Assembly (NCBI GenBank): GCA_963847625.1
Contig: CAWKAR010000025.1
Coordinates: 32,001-96,000, forward strand
Source: a candidate division FCPU426 bacterium
GTDB taxonomy: Bacteria > Oederibacteriota > Muellerivitia > Muellerivitales > Muellerivitaceae
DNA: 64,000 nt
Direction: 5' to 3'
Shown here in pieces: positions 1-9,813 of the stretch; the first letter of the stretch is position 1; each line of letters opens with the position of its first letter. The position numbers and the translations under genes were made by a program. Under the pieces are notes generated by a model. The model was not told the DNA's origin. It worked only from the letters and a program-made list of their open reading frames with translations, and ran no database searches.

Positions 1-731
1 ATGGGGGCGGTGCATCCCTCCAGGTAGCTCACGTAGGAACCCTCATCGGCGATCAGGAGGGTGCGCTCGAACTGCCCCGTCTTGGCCGCGTTGATCCTGA
101 AATAAGTGGAAAGCTCCATGGGACAGCGAATCCCCTTTGGCACGTAGCAGAAGGACCCGTCGGTGAAGACCGCGCTGTTCAAGGCCGCGAAAAAATTGTC
201 GTTGTAGGGCACCACCGATCCCAGGTATTGCTCGATGAGTTGGGGATGTTCCTGGACCGCCTCGGAAAAAGAACTGAAGATAACTCCCATCTCGCCGAGC
301 TTTTTCTTGAACGTGGTTCCGACGGACACGCTGTCCAGGACGGCGTCCACGGCCACCCCCGCCAGCATTTCCCTTTCCTGGAGGGGAACTCCCAGTTTCT
401 CGAAGGTCTTTAATATTTCCGGGTCCACTTCCGCCAGGCTTTTTGGGCCGTTGTTCTTGGGCGCCGAGTAGTAAATGATGGACTGGTAGTCGATGGGCGG
501 ATATTGCACGTACGCCCAGGTCGGCTCCTTCATGCGGGTCCAAAAGCGGTAGGATTTCAAACGCCAATCCAGGAGGAACTTTGGTTCCTTTTTCTTTTGG
601 GAGATAAAGCGGATGATCTCCTCGTTGAGGCCCGGGGGCGCGGAATCGGCCTCGATGTCGGTCACGAACCCGTACTTGTATTCCTCGCTGGTGACCCTCT
701 CGACGGGTTGTTCCGGGGCTTGGGGTTTCAT
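1..731 (-). CDS. sufB: Fe-S cluster assembly protein SufB (5' part; runs off window start)
   Basis: Not in the ORF track. Hand translation from ATG at 731 gives [27 protein letters not shown]...[32 protein letters not shown]...GQFERTL...YLEGCTAP, hallmark SufB motifs. ATGA overlap with the Rrf2 stop. Confidence 0.96.
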   Translation of the reverse strand, partial: MKPQAPEQPVERVTSEEYKYGFVTDIEADSAPPGLNEEIIRFISQKKKEPKFLLDWRLKSYRFWTRMKEPTWAYVQYPPIDYQSIIYYSAPKNNGPKSLAEVDPEILKTFEKLGVPLQEREMLAGVAVDAVLDSVSVGTTFKKKLGEMGVIFSSFSEAVQEHPQLIEQYLGSVVPYNDNFFAALNSAVFTDGSFCYVPKGIRCPMELSTYFRINAAKTGQFERTLLIADEGSYVSYLEGCTAP

Positions 732-1264
732 TTCCCCACTCCTTTCATGGCGCTTGAATTGGAAACCAGGGGGTTATCGGATCCCTGCGCCGCGGGGTGG
801 GGCTTTTTTGCCGCGGAGGATTGCTGGAGCCACTTTTCCATATCCGGCTCGGAAGAGACCAGGTCCGACAGTTTGCATTTGCGGAGGTATCCGGAGAGGG
901 TCAGGTCCAAACCCATCAAAAGGGATCGAATAGCGCAGTCCATGGTGTGGATGCAGGAAAGATGTTCCTTATTGGGGGTCACGCACACTTCTTCCTGATT
1001 GAAAAACTTTCCTCCCAACGCCACCAAGACTTCGTGGATGTTGATGTCATGGGCAGGCCTGGAAAGTTGGTATCCGCCGCTCTGGCCCCGGAGGCTCTGG
1101 ACCAGCTCCCTTTTGCGCAGAATGCTCATGATCTTGGCCACGTAAGCGGGAGTTAAACCTTCCAAGCGGGAAAGCTCCAGAATGGTCGTCATTCCCCGGG
1201 GCCCCTTTTTGGCCATCTGCAACATGCACCGCAAACCGTATTCTTCAGTCGAGGAAAACCTCAT
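728..1264 (-). CDS. Rrf2-family (IscR-like) transcriptional regulator of the suf operon
   Basis: N-terminal [12 protein letters not shown], wHTH motif [14 protein letters not shown], three Cys (C-x9-C-x5-C) for Fe-S binding; directly upstream of sufB. Confidence 0.92.
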   Translation of the reverse strand: MRFSSTEEYGLRCMLQMAKKGPRGMTTILELSRLEGLTPAYVAKIMSILRKRELVQSLRGQSGGYQLSRPAHDINIHEVLVALGGKFFNQEEVCVTPNKEHLSCIHTMDCAIRSLLMGLDLTLSGYLRKCKLSDLVSSEPDMEKWLQQSSAAKKPHPAAQGSDNPLVSNSSAMKGVGK

Positions 1265-1324
1265 GGGAACCTTTCAAAAGGCGAAATGGGTTGAGTCACA
1301 ACATATTTTCAATAGAATTTGAGG

Positions 1325-1348
1325 AATCTTTACTAAAAAGTCAAGTAT
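1325..1348 (-). promoter_or_regulatory. Putative Rrf2/IscR-type operator overlapping a -35 TTGACT
   Basis: Minus strand ATACTTGACTTTTTAGTAAAGATT, an imperfect palindrome resembling IscR type-1 boxes, ~60 bp upstream of the Rrf2 start. Confidence 0.55.
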
Positions 1349-1569
1349 AAGCTAAAAGCGCTTGAATTCAAGCAATTTGGCGGGTTTATTTATTTAATGA
1401 TATGCAGTTGTAAGGCTATCTGGTGCAGAAGAGGTTGGCCATTGATGACAAGCAAATCCCAAAGGAATTTGAGCAAAAACTTGGTTTGGGCCCAATTGGA
1501 GGCGGCCACCACTAAAACCACCGCCGACACTATTGCATAAAACCCTTTTGCGCTTCCATCCGAATACAT

Positions 1570-2064
1570 TCAACGGCTCCCGCGTAAATCGAGTTTTTGA
1601 AGCAACATTCCAACGATGTTTTCTACTTCCTGGGATATATCCACCATTATAGCGTCTTCCGGCTCTTCCAATTCATCAAACTGGCTTTCCAATAATCCCG
1701 GATTGAAATAGTGCCCTTTTCGATTCCGAAGCCGTTCTCGGATAAGGTTGGGAGAACCTTTCAAAAACACAAAAAGAATTTTCACGTTTCCGAAGAGTTG
1801 TATCCGATACTTTTGTTTGAGAGCTGAGCAGGCCAGAACGGTGAATTTTTGGGTTTTATTCCATTCCTGGATAAAGCCGGAAAGCTTCTCGAGCCAAGGT
1901 GCCCTGTCGGAGTCGGTCAAGGCCAGGCCTTGGCTCATTTTCTCCCGGCTCTCAGGGGAATGGAAATCATCCGCGTCGAAAAAGGGACATGAAAGTGCTT
2001 GCGCTAGCTTTTTTCCAACTGTGGTCTTGCCGCTTCCCGCGACTCCCATCAGAAGGATCACCAT
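1570..2064 (-). CDS. Gluconokinase (GntK/IdnK family)
   Basis: MGVAGSGKTT P-loop, DADDFH, LTDSDRAPWL, ACSALK, LLESQF motifs. Start may be 2076. Confidence 0.92.
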   Translation of the reverse strand: MVILLMGVAGSGKTTVGKKLAQALSCPFFDADDFHSPESREKMSQGLALTDSDRAPWLEKLSGFIQEWNKTQKFTVLACSALKQKYRIQLFGNVKILFVFLKGSPNLIRERLRNRKGHYFNPGLLESQFDELEEPEDAIMVDISQEVENIVGMLLQKLDLRGSR

Positions 2065-2072
2065 AACAGACC

Positions 2073-2831
2073 TCAAGCCTCGACTATTTTTAAATAAAAA
2101 GCAACTGACTTTAGTTTTTTTCCCACGGTGCTTTCCAAGTATTCCAATAGGGTTAAGAGCATTTTGCGGGTGTAAGCCGATGCCATCCGAAGTATATGGG
2201 CCCGTTCCAGTGGTTGGCTTCGAAGACGTTTCATCACCTCCAGTTCCCGAGGATCAACCCGAAGGCGAGCAGGTCCGGATGGACAGCAGTTCCCGCAAAG
2301 GGCGCCGCCCCGGTGAGGGATGAGAAACACTTCTTTTTTCACCAACAGCTCCCCGCATTCAGCGCAATCATTCAGTTCCAGGGGATAACCTGATAAGGCC
2401 AGGTAGTGGAGGCAAAAGGCCGCGAGGGTTTGCTCCCGTGATCCGGGATGTTCCCGAAAAGCGGACAACATCGCCTTCAAAAGAATGTACAAGTCCCGGT
2501 TGGGATCCTGGTCCGGGAGACTTTGGAGAAGAATGTCGGCCAGAAGTTGGAGCAGGACGATGGTGGCAAGATCACCCTTCAAGTCATGGTAGTCGTCCAA
2601 TATCCTGGCCTGGGAAATCACGAATAAATCCCCGCCAGTCCGACGGTTCAACGAGAAGGTGGATTCGGTAAAAGGCTCCAAAGCCGAGGCCTGTCGGCTC
2701 CGCGGTTTTCGGGCTCCCTTGGAGATGGCCCGGACTTTTCCCTCCTGGAGGGTGAAAATTTGGACGATTTTGTCCGACTCGGCATGGGAAAAAGCGTTCA
2801 ACACCAAACCTTGAACGGGCAGGAAACCCAA
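2073..2831 (-). CDS. recO: DNA repair protein RecO
   Basis: ESDKIV..FT...GKVRAISKGARKPRSR..SALEPF plus C-terminal Zn finger CAECG...GGALCGNC. Confidence 0.93.
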   Translation of the reverse strand: MGFLPVQGLVLNAFSHAESDKIVQIFTLQEGKVRAISKGARKPRSRQASALEPFTESTFSLNRRTGGDLFVISQARILDDYHDLKGDLATIVLLQLLADILLQSLPDQDPNRDLYILLKAMLSAFREHPGSREQTLAAFCLHYLALSGYPLELNDCAECGELLVKKEVFLIPHRGGALCGNCCPSGPARLRVDPRELEVMKRLRSQPLERAHILRMASAYTRKMLLTLLEYLESTVGKKLKSVAFYLKIVEA

Positions 2832-2834
2832 GGA

Positions 2835-3740
2835 TTAACTTTCCTCTTCTGTAACAAACTCAACAGACAGCGCGGGAAAATACACCCACACCAGGGTGGC
2901 CACGGTCAAGTTGATGAGTAACTCCAATAATAAGAAAAGAAGACCGATCAGCGGGGTGTGCCTGAGCAGGTTCAGGATGGTCTGGTAAGTGATGGAGAAG
3001 ATCAGATAAGCAAGGAAAATCAACAGGATGCTCCAGACCACGCGCCCGTAATGTTCCACGCATTTTTGGAAACTCCTAGCGAGGGACTGGAAGACTTCCC
3101 CTTCCTTCACTAGGAAGGCGGCGGCCACTAAAAAATAAACAACAAAAGCCAGGACCAGAAAAAAGCATGCCACGCAAAAAGGCAAGACCAGCAATAATCC
3201 AATTCCTGGATGGCCCAACCCCTTGAAGAACGCCGCGCCGGCAATAACGAACAGGATCAGGAAAGCCGCGAATAACAAGATACAAAAAATATAAAAAATA
3301 CTCAAACCCAGCATGGATGAAAAGCAACCAACTCCTCCTTTCAAGAAACCCGCAAAAGAAAAGAAAGTTCCCTTTTGTCGGTATTCCATGATTTGCTTGA
3401 AAAGCGCTCCGGTAAAAAAGACTTCGAATAAAAACCACCAAACAAGGTAAAGAGAAAAAAGTCCCAAAACAGTCCATAAAAAATCTGGTTTTTGAAAAAA
3501 AGACGAGAAATCGAAGTTCCCCAAAGCCTGCTGATAATCATCCGGATTTGAGTTTTTTAAAATATTAAAAAGAGGTTGTATGAATGGCCCCATGGCCAGA
3601 ATCAGGCAGAAAATCATGGACAGGAAATTTAGGACGATGAAGACGAACCGGACGAGAAATAGCGGCCAAAGGGCGATGCTGGTTTTCCAGGCCCTCCCGT
3701 AAAGCTCTGAAAGTGGGGGAAGGGTTATTGGGTTGGTCAT
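2835..3740 (-). CDS. Hypothetical polytopic membrane protein
   Basis: 301-aa ORF with about 6 hydrophobic segments, co-oriented between yajQ and recO. Confidence 0.75.
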   Translation of the reverse strand: MTNPITLPPLSELYGRAWKTSIALWPLFLVRFVFIVLNFLSMIFCLILAMGPFIQPLFNILKNSNPDDYQQALGNFDFSSFFQKPDFLWTVLGLFSLYLVWWFLFEVFFTGALFKQIMEYRQKGTFFSFAGFLKGGVGCFSSMLGLSIFYIFCILLFAAFLILFVIAGAAFFKGLGHPGIGLLLVLPFCVACFFLVLAFVVYFLVAAAFLVKEGEVFQSLARSFQKCVEHYGRVVWSILLIFLAYLIFSITYQTILNLLRHTPLIGLLFLLLELLINLTVATLVWVYFPALSVEFVTEEES

Positions 3741-3752
3741 AGGAACCTTTGA

Positions 3753-4253
3753 TCAGCGATAATTATTGAATTGAAGCGGGATCTTGATGTCCTGGGCGGC
3801 CTTCAGCAATTGAATGGCATTTTGGAGGTCATCCTTGGCTTTGCCGGAAACCCGTACCTTCTCTTCGGTGATCTGGACCTGGACCTTGAGCTTGGAATCC
3901 TTGATCTTCTTCACGATTTCCTTGCAGGTTTCCATGGGTATTCCACTGACGATCTTGGCCTTCTGGTTGACGGTCCCACTGAAGGCCGGTTCCGCCGTCT
4001 GGAAATCCAGCGCCCTCGGCGAAATGCTCCTCTTGACGAGCTTTCCTTTCAGGACATCCACGACGGCCCGGAGCTTGGATTCATCGTCGGCCACGATCTC
4101 CAGTTCCTTGGCCGGTTTGTTCAGGGTGATCTTGCTGATGCTTCCCTTGAAATCAAAGCGCTGGGAAATCTCCTTCATGGACTGGTTGACCGCGTTATCA
4201 ACCTCCTGAAGGTCCACTTCCGAAACCACGTCAAAGGAAAAATTATCCGCCAT
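3753..4253 (-). CDS. yajQ: YajQ-family nucleotide/c-di-GMP-binding protein
   Basis: SFDVVSEVDLQEVDNAVNQ..KEI..RFDFKGS ... VRVSGK.KDDLQ ... LQFNNYR. Confidence 0.96.
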   Translation of the reverse strand: MADNFSFDVVSEVDLQEVDNAVNQSMKEISQRFDFKGSISKITLNKPAKELEIVADDESKLRAVVDVLKGKLVKRSISPRALDFQTAEPAFSGTVNQKAKIVSGIPMETCKEIVKKIKDSKLKVQVQITEEKVRVSGKAKDDLQNAIQLLKAAQDIKIPLQFNNYR

Positions 4254-4322
4254 TCATAACCTCGATGGTTTTTTAAAAAAACAGAACTTTTAAACGATGG
4301 AAAAAACGAAAATTTCTTTCTA

Positions 4323-5213
4323 TCAGGTTCCGCTTCCGCCGACATCTTCATTGGCTTGCCCTTGAGTGCTGGGCGGGAGGGTGATTTCCAGCACTTGGCC
4401 TGTCGCGCCCAGGACTCCAAGGGGGTTCCCGTTGAATTGGACATCCACGCCCCCCGCGTTGCCCAATTTCAGGGTGAAGCTTTTCAAGGCCTTGTAGGTC
4501 TTGACCTCACCGGGCGCCAGGTCCACTTCCGAGCCGGTTTGGCTGCCGTCCATCTTGACCCGGAACCAGGACTTTTCCAAACCTTTCAGGACCAAATGCT
4601 GGTATTTATCCACCACTTGGCCCGCAGCGTAGGAGTCTTGGGAAACCACCCCCCCTTTGGCCTCCCTCGAATGTAGTTTCGAGAAGAGGGTCTTGCCGTA
4701 TTTCCATCCAAGGAAGACCATGCAAACCAAGACTAGGATCAGACCAATCCGAACGGTCGTGGGGACCCAATCAACTTTCCGGAGGGCGTTAAGTCTCTGC
4801 CGGACGATCGCCGGCTGGCGGGGCATAGTGGTCTCGGTGTGGTCCTCTTCCACGAATTCCAGATTTAAATCACTCGAATGGTCCGAAAGCCGGTACACAG
4901 GCTGCCGGTGGAGGGTGGACTTCCACCCGAAGGCCTTTTCCAACTCCACTTCCGCGTTCATGGGCTGGATTCTCATTTCCTCTGGCATGAATTCCGCATT
5001 GAACCGCCTGGTCAAGAGCATTGGGTCCAGGCCAACTATTTTCGCGTAGGCGCGGATAAAACCCTTGGCAAAGACTTGCGAGGGAAAAACTTCAAACCGG
5101 TCCTCCTCGATAGCCTCCAGGTATTTGATGGGAATGCGCGTCTTTTGAGAAATGTCCTCCAGGGGAATTTTTCTTGAGATTCTAGCTTCTTTCAGGTCCG
5201 TGCCGAGGCTCAT
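4323..5213 (-). CDS. rodZ: RodZ-like cytoskeleton protein (HTH, TM, DUF4115)
   Basis: N-terminal HTH LGTDLKEAR...YLEAIEE...KGFIRAYAKIVGLD, single TM, C-terminal LGNAGGVDVQFNG. Confidence 0.85.
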   Translation of the reverse strand: MSLGTDLKEARISRKIPLEDISQKTRIPIKYLEAIEEDRFEVFPSQVFAKGFIRAYAKIVGLDPMLLTRRFNAEFMPEEMRIQPMNAEVELEKAFGWKSTLHRQPVYRLSDHSSDLNLEFVEEDHTETTMPRQPAIVRQRLNALRKVDWVPTTVRIGLILVLVCMVFLGWKYGKTLFSKLHSREAKGGVVSQDSYAAGQVVDKYQHLVLKGLEKSWFRVKMDGSQTGSEVDLAPGEVKTYKALKSFTLKLGNAGGVDVQFNGNPLGVLGATGQVLEITLPPSTQGQANEDVGGSGT

Positions 5214-5965
5214 TAGAATATCTCTCCTTCCACCACCTGCGTCTCCGCAGGCGGTTTGAACTGGAACAACTGGTCCGAAAGTCCCTTGTTGAATTGGAAG
5301 TTGTTAAAACGGGCCTTGGTCTCCATGGAGGGGTTGAGCATCTCCATCTGGCTAGGCCACCAATCCTTCTTGCGGATGTAAACTTTCATGCTGTCAAAAC
5401 CCGCGTTCTCGGATAAAGGAATGAAAAGTAGCCCCACTTCGTTTCCATCGTTCTTGATGATGGTAACCCGGCTGATGTCGAAGTACTTTTTCAATTCCTT
5501 CCCCACGCCCAGGTAAACAGGCGCCGAATGCCCCTTCTTCGCCTGGTGCTGCTCATAAACGGTCTTTTGGTCGGGCTGGTACATTTCCAGGAGGTCTCCT
5601 TGCGCGTAGAGGAACTGCTCCGTGGGCTTGGTGTAATGAACGAAAATCTTATCGGGGTTTTTGATCTTGATCGCCCCTTTGCAAGACTGCTTTTGGTTGG
5701 ATAGAGAGTCTTTCATTTCCAAATTTAAGTCCATCTGGACATCCCGGATGGAAGCCTGGGCCTCCTCGATTTTTTTTGAAACATCCTCCACCGTCAGGTC
5801 TTTTTTAGCCGAGGTGCCCCCCCTGAGCGGCGCCGCGGAGGTAAAAAAAGCTAATCCCAAAAAAATAAAAACGCACTTCAAGAAAAAAGGAAAACGGGAA
5901 TACCCCTTTTTTCTTTTCCCGCTTTGCGGGTCGGGTGAAAAAATATTCTTAATCCAGCTTTTCAT
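5213..5965 (-). CDS. Outer-membrane lipoprotein carrier LolA-family protein
   Basis: IKNPDKIFVHYTKPTEQ and LFQFKPP motifs; ftsK-lolA-rodZ synteny. Start chosen at the ATG after GGAGG. Confidence 0.8.
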   Translation of the reverse strand: MKSWIKNIFSPDPQSGKRKKGYSRFPFFLKCVFIFLGLAFFTSAAPLRGGTSAKKDLTVEDVSKKIEEAQASIRDVQMDLNLEMKDSLSNQKQSCKGAIKIKNPDKIFVHYTKPTEQFLYAQGDLLEMYQPDQKTVYEQHQAKKGHSAPVYLGVGKELKKYFDISRVTIIKNDGNEVGLLFIPLSENAGFDSMKVYIRKKDWWPSQMEMLNPSMETKARFNNFQFNKGLSDQLFQFKPPAETQVVEGEIF

Positions 5966-8384
5966 CCAACGTCTCCTCCTCGAACTCCCCGTTGGAATCG
6001 TCAGTGTTGGGGGCGAGGATTTTGCGGGGTTTGTTTCCATCCGCGGGTCCCACGAGACCCCGCACCTCCATGTCGTCCAAAAGCCTCGCCGCGCGGCTAT
6101 ATCCCACCTTGAGGCGTCGCTGAAGCAGTGAAGTGGAAGCCTGTTTGGCCCGAATCACGATTTCCAGGGCCTCGTCAAACAACTCGTCCTCGCTCTCCTC
6201 CGTTACCATGTCCCTGGACTTGGAGGTTTCCAGATCGGCCAAATAGATGGGCGCTCCCTGGGATTTCCAGTAGTCTGTTAGGCGCTCGATTTCCTCCAAC
6301 GTAACATAGGCCCCTTGAAGCCGCAAGGGCTTGGGGGACCCCGAGGCCAGATACAGCATATCGCCCCTTCCCAAAAGGGCTTCGGCTCCGTTCATATCCA
6401 GAATCGTGCGGGAATCGACCTTCGAAAAGACTTGGAAAGCGATACGCGATGGAAAATTGGCCTTGATAATACCGGTAATTACCTCCACGGAGGGTCTTTG
6501 GGTGGCCAGAACCAGGTGGATGCCCACCGCCCTGGCCATCTGGGCGAGCCTAGTGATGGAATCCTCCACTTGGTCCTTGGCCGCCATAATGAGGTCGGCC
6601 AGTTCATCCACCAATACCACGATGTAGTAAAGAGGATACTGGTCTGCTTCCCCCGCCTCCCGTTTCTGGGCGACCTTTGAGTTGAAAGTGTCGATATCCC
6701 GGGCGCCAGCGTGGGCCAGGATCTGGTACCGGTTTTCCATCTCCTGCACCAGCCACTTCAGGGCCGCATTGGCCTGCTTGGAATCGTTCACGACGGGAAG
6801 GGCCAGGTGGGGCAAGCCCTTGTAGATGGCCATTTCCACCCTCTTGGGATCGACCATGACCAGCCGCAATTCCTCAGGCGTGTACTTGAAGAGAAGGCTG
6901 GCGATGATGGTGTTCACGCATACGCTTTTTCCTGAGCCGGTGGAACCCGCGATCAGGATATGGGGCATATCCTTGATGCTGTCAAAGCAGGCGGTTCCCG
7001 CGATGTCCTTGCCCAGGGCTACCCTCAGTTTCTTGGTGGAGGTAAGGAATTCCTCCTGGACGATGAGTTCCTTCAACGTGACAATCCGTCCCTTGCTGTT
7101 GGGCACCTCGACCCCAACGGCGGCCTTTCCGGGAATGGGGGCCACGATGCGCAAGTGCCCGCATTGCAGGGCCAGGGCCAAGTCGTCGGCCAGGGAGGAG
7201 ATGCTGGTGATCTTGACTCCCGCTGCCGGTTGGACTTCGTATTGGGTGACGGTGGGCCCCGGGTTCACTCCTACCACCTTGGCTTCCACCCCGAAATTTT
7301 TAAGTGTTTCCACGATGGTGTGGCTGACTGCCTCATAATCGTCCACTACCCGATCCTTGGCCTCGTCGGCGGTTTTCAGGATATGGACTTCGGGCAGTTT
7401 CCACTGGCGGATGACTCTGACGGTCTTGCGCGGTTCCTCCTCCTCATCCTCTTCTTCCTCATCGGCCATTTCGATGCTGGCCGCCTCCATTTTTTGCCGA
7501 AGGGTCATTGGGTTTTGGACCTTGGCTTCCGCCAAAGCAGCAGCGACCATGTCCTCATCTTCCCCGGAGGGAACATTAACTTCCATATCGGGTTCAGCCT
7601 CCCCGGTGAAAAGGGAGCGTCCCTTGGGTTCCTTGGAAAATTTCTCAGGCGGGAATATTTTACCGGTCTTGGGAACGGAAGCGATGATGGTGGCCTTCGG
7701 GGGAGGGGTGGGGATTCCCTTGCCGATTCTGTCATCAGCATTTAGTCCCGTATCCAATTTCCGATGGGCCTCCGCGGCGACCTTTTTGGCCTCCCGCCGG
7801 GCTTTCCAATCCGCAAAAGCTTGCCGGGTTTTATTGGCCAGCAGAACCAGGGCCTTGAACCCGTTTTCCCTTAAAAAGGCGAACCCCCGGGCGAATCCCT
7901 CCATCACACCCTTGGCCACAGTGACCAGATGCCCTTCTTTTTCAAGCAACCAGGTTGAAAGAACCAAAACCATTAGGCAAATAGTTATAGTCCCAAATAG
8001 GGTCAAAGCTGCCTCCAACCAGTCCCCTACTTGTATTCCCAACTTGCCCGATAACTCCACCCCCTCGCGAATCTGCTTTCCTGGAAACAGGATTCGAATC
8101 AACACACAAACAGAAATCACGCCTAAAAAGAGGCCCAACAGTTTCAACCCCGTCTTATTAAGGGGATCATCCTTGTAACGGGAAAAAGCGAATCGGCATA
8201 ACACGGCAGGTAATATCCAGGCACATAAGCCAAAACTGTAATAAAGGAAATAGGAAAGATATGAACCGGGGCTCCCCAACAAGTTGGGTTTGACACCGGT
8301 AGGGATCAGGGACAGGGCGATCAAAAGACCGAAGCTTCCCGAAAGGAAAACCACAAGGAAATGGTGACGTTTATCCTTGGCCAT
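5949..8384 (-). CDS. ftsK: DNA translocase FtsK/SpoIIIE
   Basis: N-terminal TMs, PHILIAGSTGSGKS Walker A, DELADL, LATQRPS, gamma domain STSLLQRRLKVGYSRAARL. Confidence 0.97.
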   Translation of the reverse strand: MAKDKRHHFLVVFLSGSFGLLIALSLIPTGVKPNLLGSPGSYLSYFLYYSFGLCAWILPAVLCRFAFSRYKDDPLNKTGLKLLGLFLGVISVCVLIRILFPGKQIREGVELSGKLGIQVGDWLEAALTLFGTITICLMVLVLSTWLLEKEGHLVTVAKGVMEGFARGFAFLRENGFKALVLLANKTRQAFADWKARREAKKVAAEAHRKLDTGLNADDRIGKGIPTPPPKATIIASVPKTGKIFPPEKFSKEPKGRSLFTGEAEPDMEVNVPSGEDEDMVAAALAEAKVQNPMTLRQKMEAASIEMADEEEEDEEEEPRKTVRVIRQWKLPEVHILKTADEAKDRVVDDYEAVSHTIVETLKNFGVEAKVVGVNPGPTVTQYEVQPAAGVKITSISSLADDLALALQCGHLRIVAPIPGKAAVGVEVPNSKGRIVTLKELIVQEEFLTSTKKLRVALGKDIAGTACFDSIKDMPHILIAGSTGSGKSVCVNTIIASLLFKYTPEELRLVMVDPKRVEMAIYKGLPHLALPVVNDSKQANAALKWLVQEMENRYQILAHAGARDIDTFNSKVAQKREAGEADQYPLYYIVVLVDELADLIMAAKDQVEDSITRLAQMARAVGIHLVLATQRPSVEVITGIIKANFPSRIAFQVFSKVDSRTILDMNGAEALLGRGDMLYLASGSPKPLRLQGAYVTLEEIERLTDYWKSQGAPIYLADLETSKSRDMVTEESEDELFDEALEIVIRAKQASTSLLQRRLKVGYSRAARLLDDMEVRGLVGPADGNKPRKILAPNTDDSNGEFEEETLDEKLD

Positions 8385-8708
8385 TAAATCCTCGAAGTGG
8401 GACTGGATAGCCCCTGGAATATGGTTTTAAGAAGATGGGTGGGAAAGAATTCATCCTGGAACACAAGTATAGCCGATTGGTGGGGAAAATTAAAAAATAA
8501 ATGACTGATTCCAGGTTGTTCAATTTACGCCCTCATCCGGTCGAAATACCGGCGGCCGAATAAATATTCAATCCCTGAAGTTTATATTCCGAACTTTCCG
8601 TGAATCGATTCCAACTTAGAAAAGTTAATACCTTGGAATTAAGGTGCAAGTCAAATAGGCTTACGGGTAAAATAAATTTCGTTTTAAAATTCACTCCAAG
8701 GTGGGTTC

Positions 8709-9620
8709 ATGTTTTTTCAGATTGCTTTTGACGTTATCCTTCCCATTTTCCTGGTCATGGGACTGGGCTTCCTGCTCTCGAAATCCTTCTCCTTGGACTT
8801 GGGAACCCTTTCCAAGCTGAACTTCTACGTTTTCATTCCGGTCTTCATGTTCTACAGCCTGTTGGTCTTCAAGCCTGCCGGCCGGGAAATAGCCTTGACG
8901 GTTTTATTTAACTTTCTCCTGGCCGCGCTGACCTTCCTGGTCATGGCCGGCCTTACCCGCGCCCTGAGGTTCAAACCCGATATGGCCGCCGCTTCCATAC
9001 TGGCCGTTATGGTTTTCAACTCGGCGAACTACGGCATCCCCGTGGTCCAACTGGCGTTCCAGGGGGAAGGGGTGGCCATCCAGGTCATCACCATCACCGC
9101 CATGAACATTCTCACCTATACCTTCGGAATCCTTATCGCCGGAGGTTGGGGCCAATGGCGAAAGGGCCTGGACACCATCTTCAAGCTTCCCGTGCTTTAT
9201 GCGCTCTTAGCGGCATTGGCCCTGAGGGCCCTGGACCTGAGACTGCCCGATCCAGTCATGTCTTCCCTCAAATGGACTTCCGAGGGCATGCTCTCCATCG
9301 CCTTGATCACCCTGGGCGCCCAGTTGGGAAAGGAGGGAATAACCTTGCGCCACCCCAAGGAATTATGGTTCACCATCGCGTCCCGCCTGATCCTGGGTCC
9401 TTTTTTGGCTTTTCTGCTGATACACTTTCTGGGAATTCATGGCTTATTGGCCAAGGTGCTTTTTGTTTCCAGCGCTTTCCCTACCGCCGTGATTACGGTC
9501 ATGTTCGGCATCGAGTATGATAAAGAACCAGTTTTCACGGCGGACGTGGCGTTTATGACCACCCTGCTTTCAGCGGTCACGGTGACCGGTGCCATCAGCC
9601 TTTCCTCGGTCTTGTTTTAG
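8709..9620 (+). CDS. AEC (auxin efflux carrier/malate permease) family transporter
   Basis: About 10 TM segments with NSANYGIP and SAFPTAV motifs. Confidence 0.85.
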   Translation: MFFQIAFDVILPIFLVMGLGFLLSKSFSLDLGTLSKLNFYVFIPVFMFYSLLVFKPAGREIALTVLFNFLLAALTFLVMAGLTRALRFKPDMAAASILAVMVFNSANYGIPVVQLAFQGEGVAIQVITITAMNILTYTFGILIAGGWGQWRKGLDTIFKLPVLYALLAALALRALDLRLPDPVMSSLKWTSEGMLSIALITLGAQLGKEGITLRHPKELWFTIASRLILGPFLAFLLIHFLGIHGLLAKVLFVSSAFPTAVITVMFGIEYDKEPVFTADVAFMTTLLSAVTVTGAISLSSVLF

Positions 9621-9634
9621 TTGAAGGAACTCTT

Positions 9635-9772
9635 ATGAAACAAAAGGCCAAAAAGAATCTAAAAGCCACCAAATCTCCCACTCCCGAAAAAGATTTGTGG
9701 AAAAACCCGTCCTATAAAAACATGCTGAACCCTTACGAAAGCAAATATCCTCAGCAAAAGAAAAAGAAATGA
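9635..9772 (+). CDS. Small basic hypothetical protein (45 aa)
   Basis: GAAGGA RBS then MKQKAKKNLKATKSPTPEKDLWKNPSYKNMLNPYESKYPQQKKKK*; fills the gap between the permease and the glucuronidase. Confidence 0.45.
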   Translation: MKQKAKKNLKATKSPTPEKDLWKNPSYKNMLNPYESKYPQQKKKK

Positions 9773-9813
9773 AAACCGGCAATTGCCGGTAAAACCCCGA
9801 AAAGAGGTATTTT

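Noticed and set aside
1400..1540. Possible MITE bounded by TATGCA/TGCATA
   Set aside because: The inverted repeat is too short, with no target duplication and no second copy in the window.
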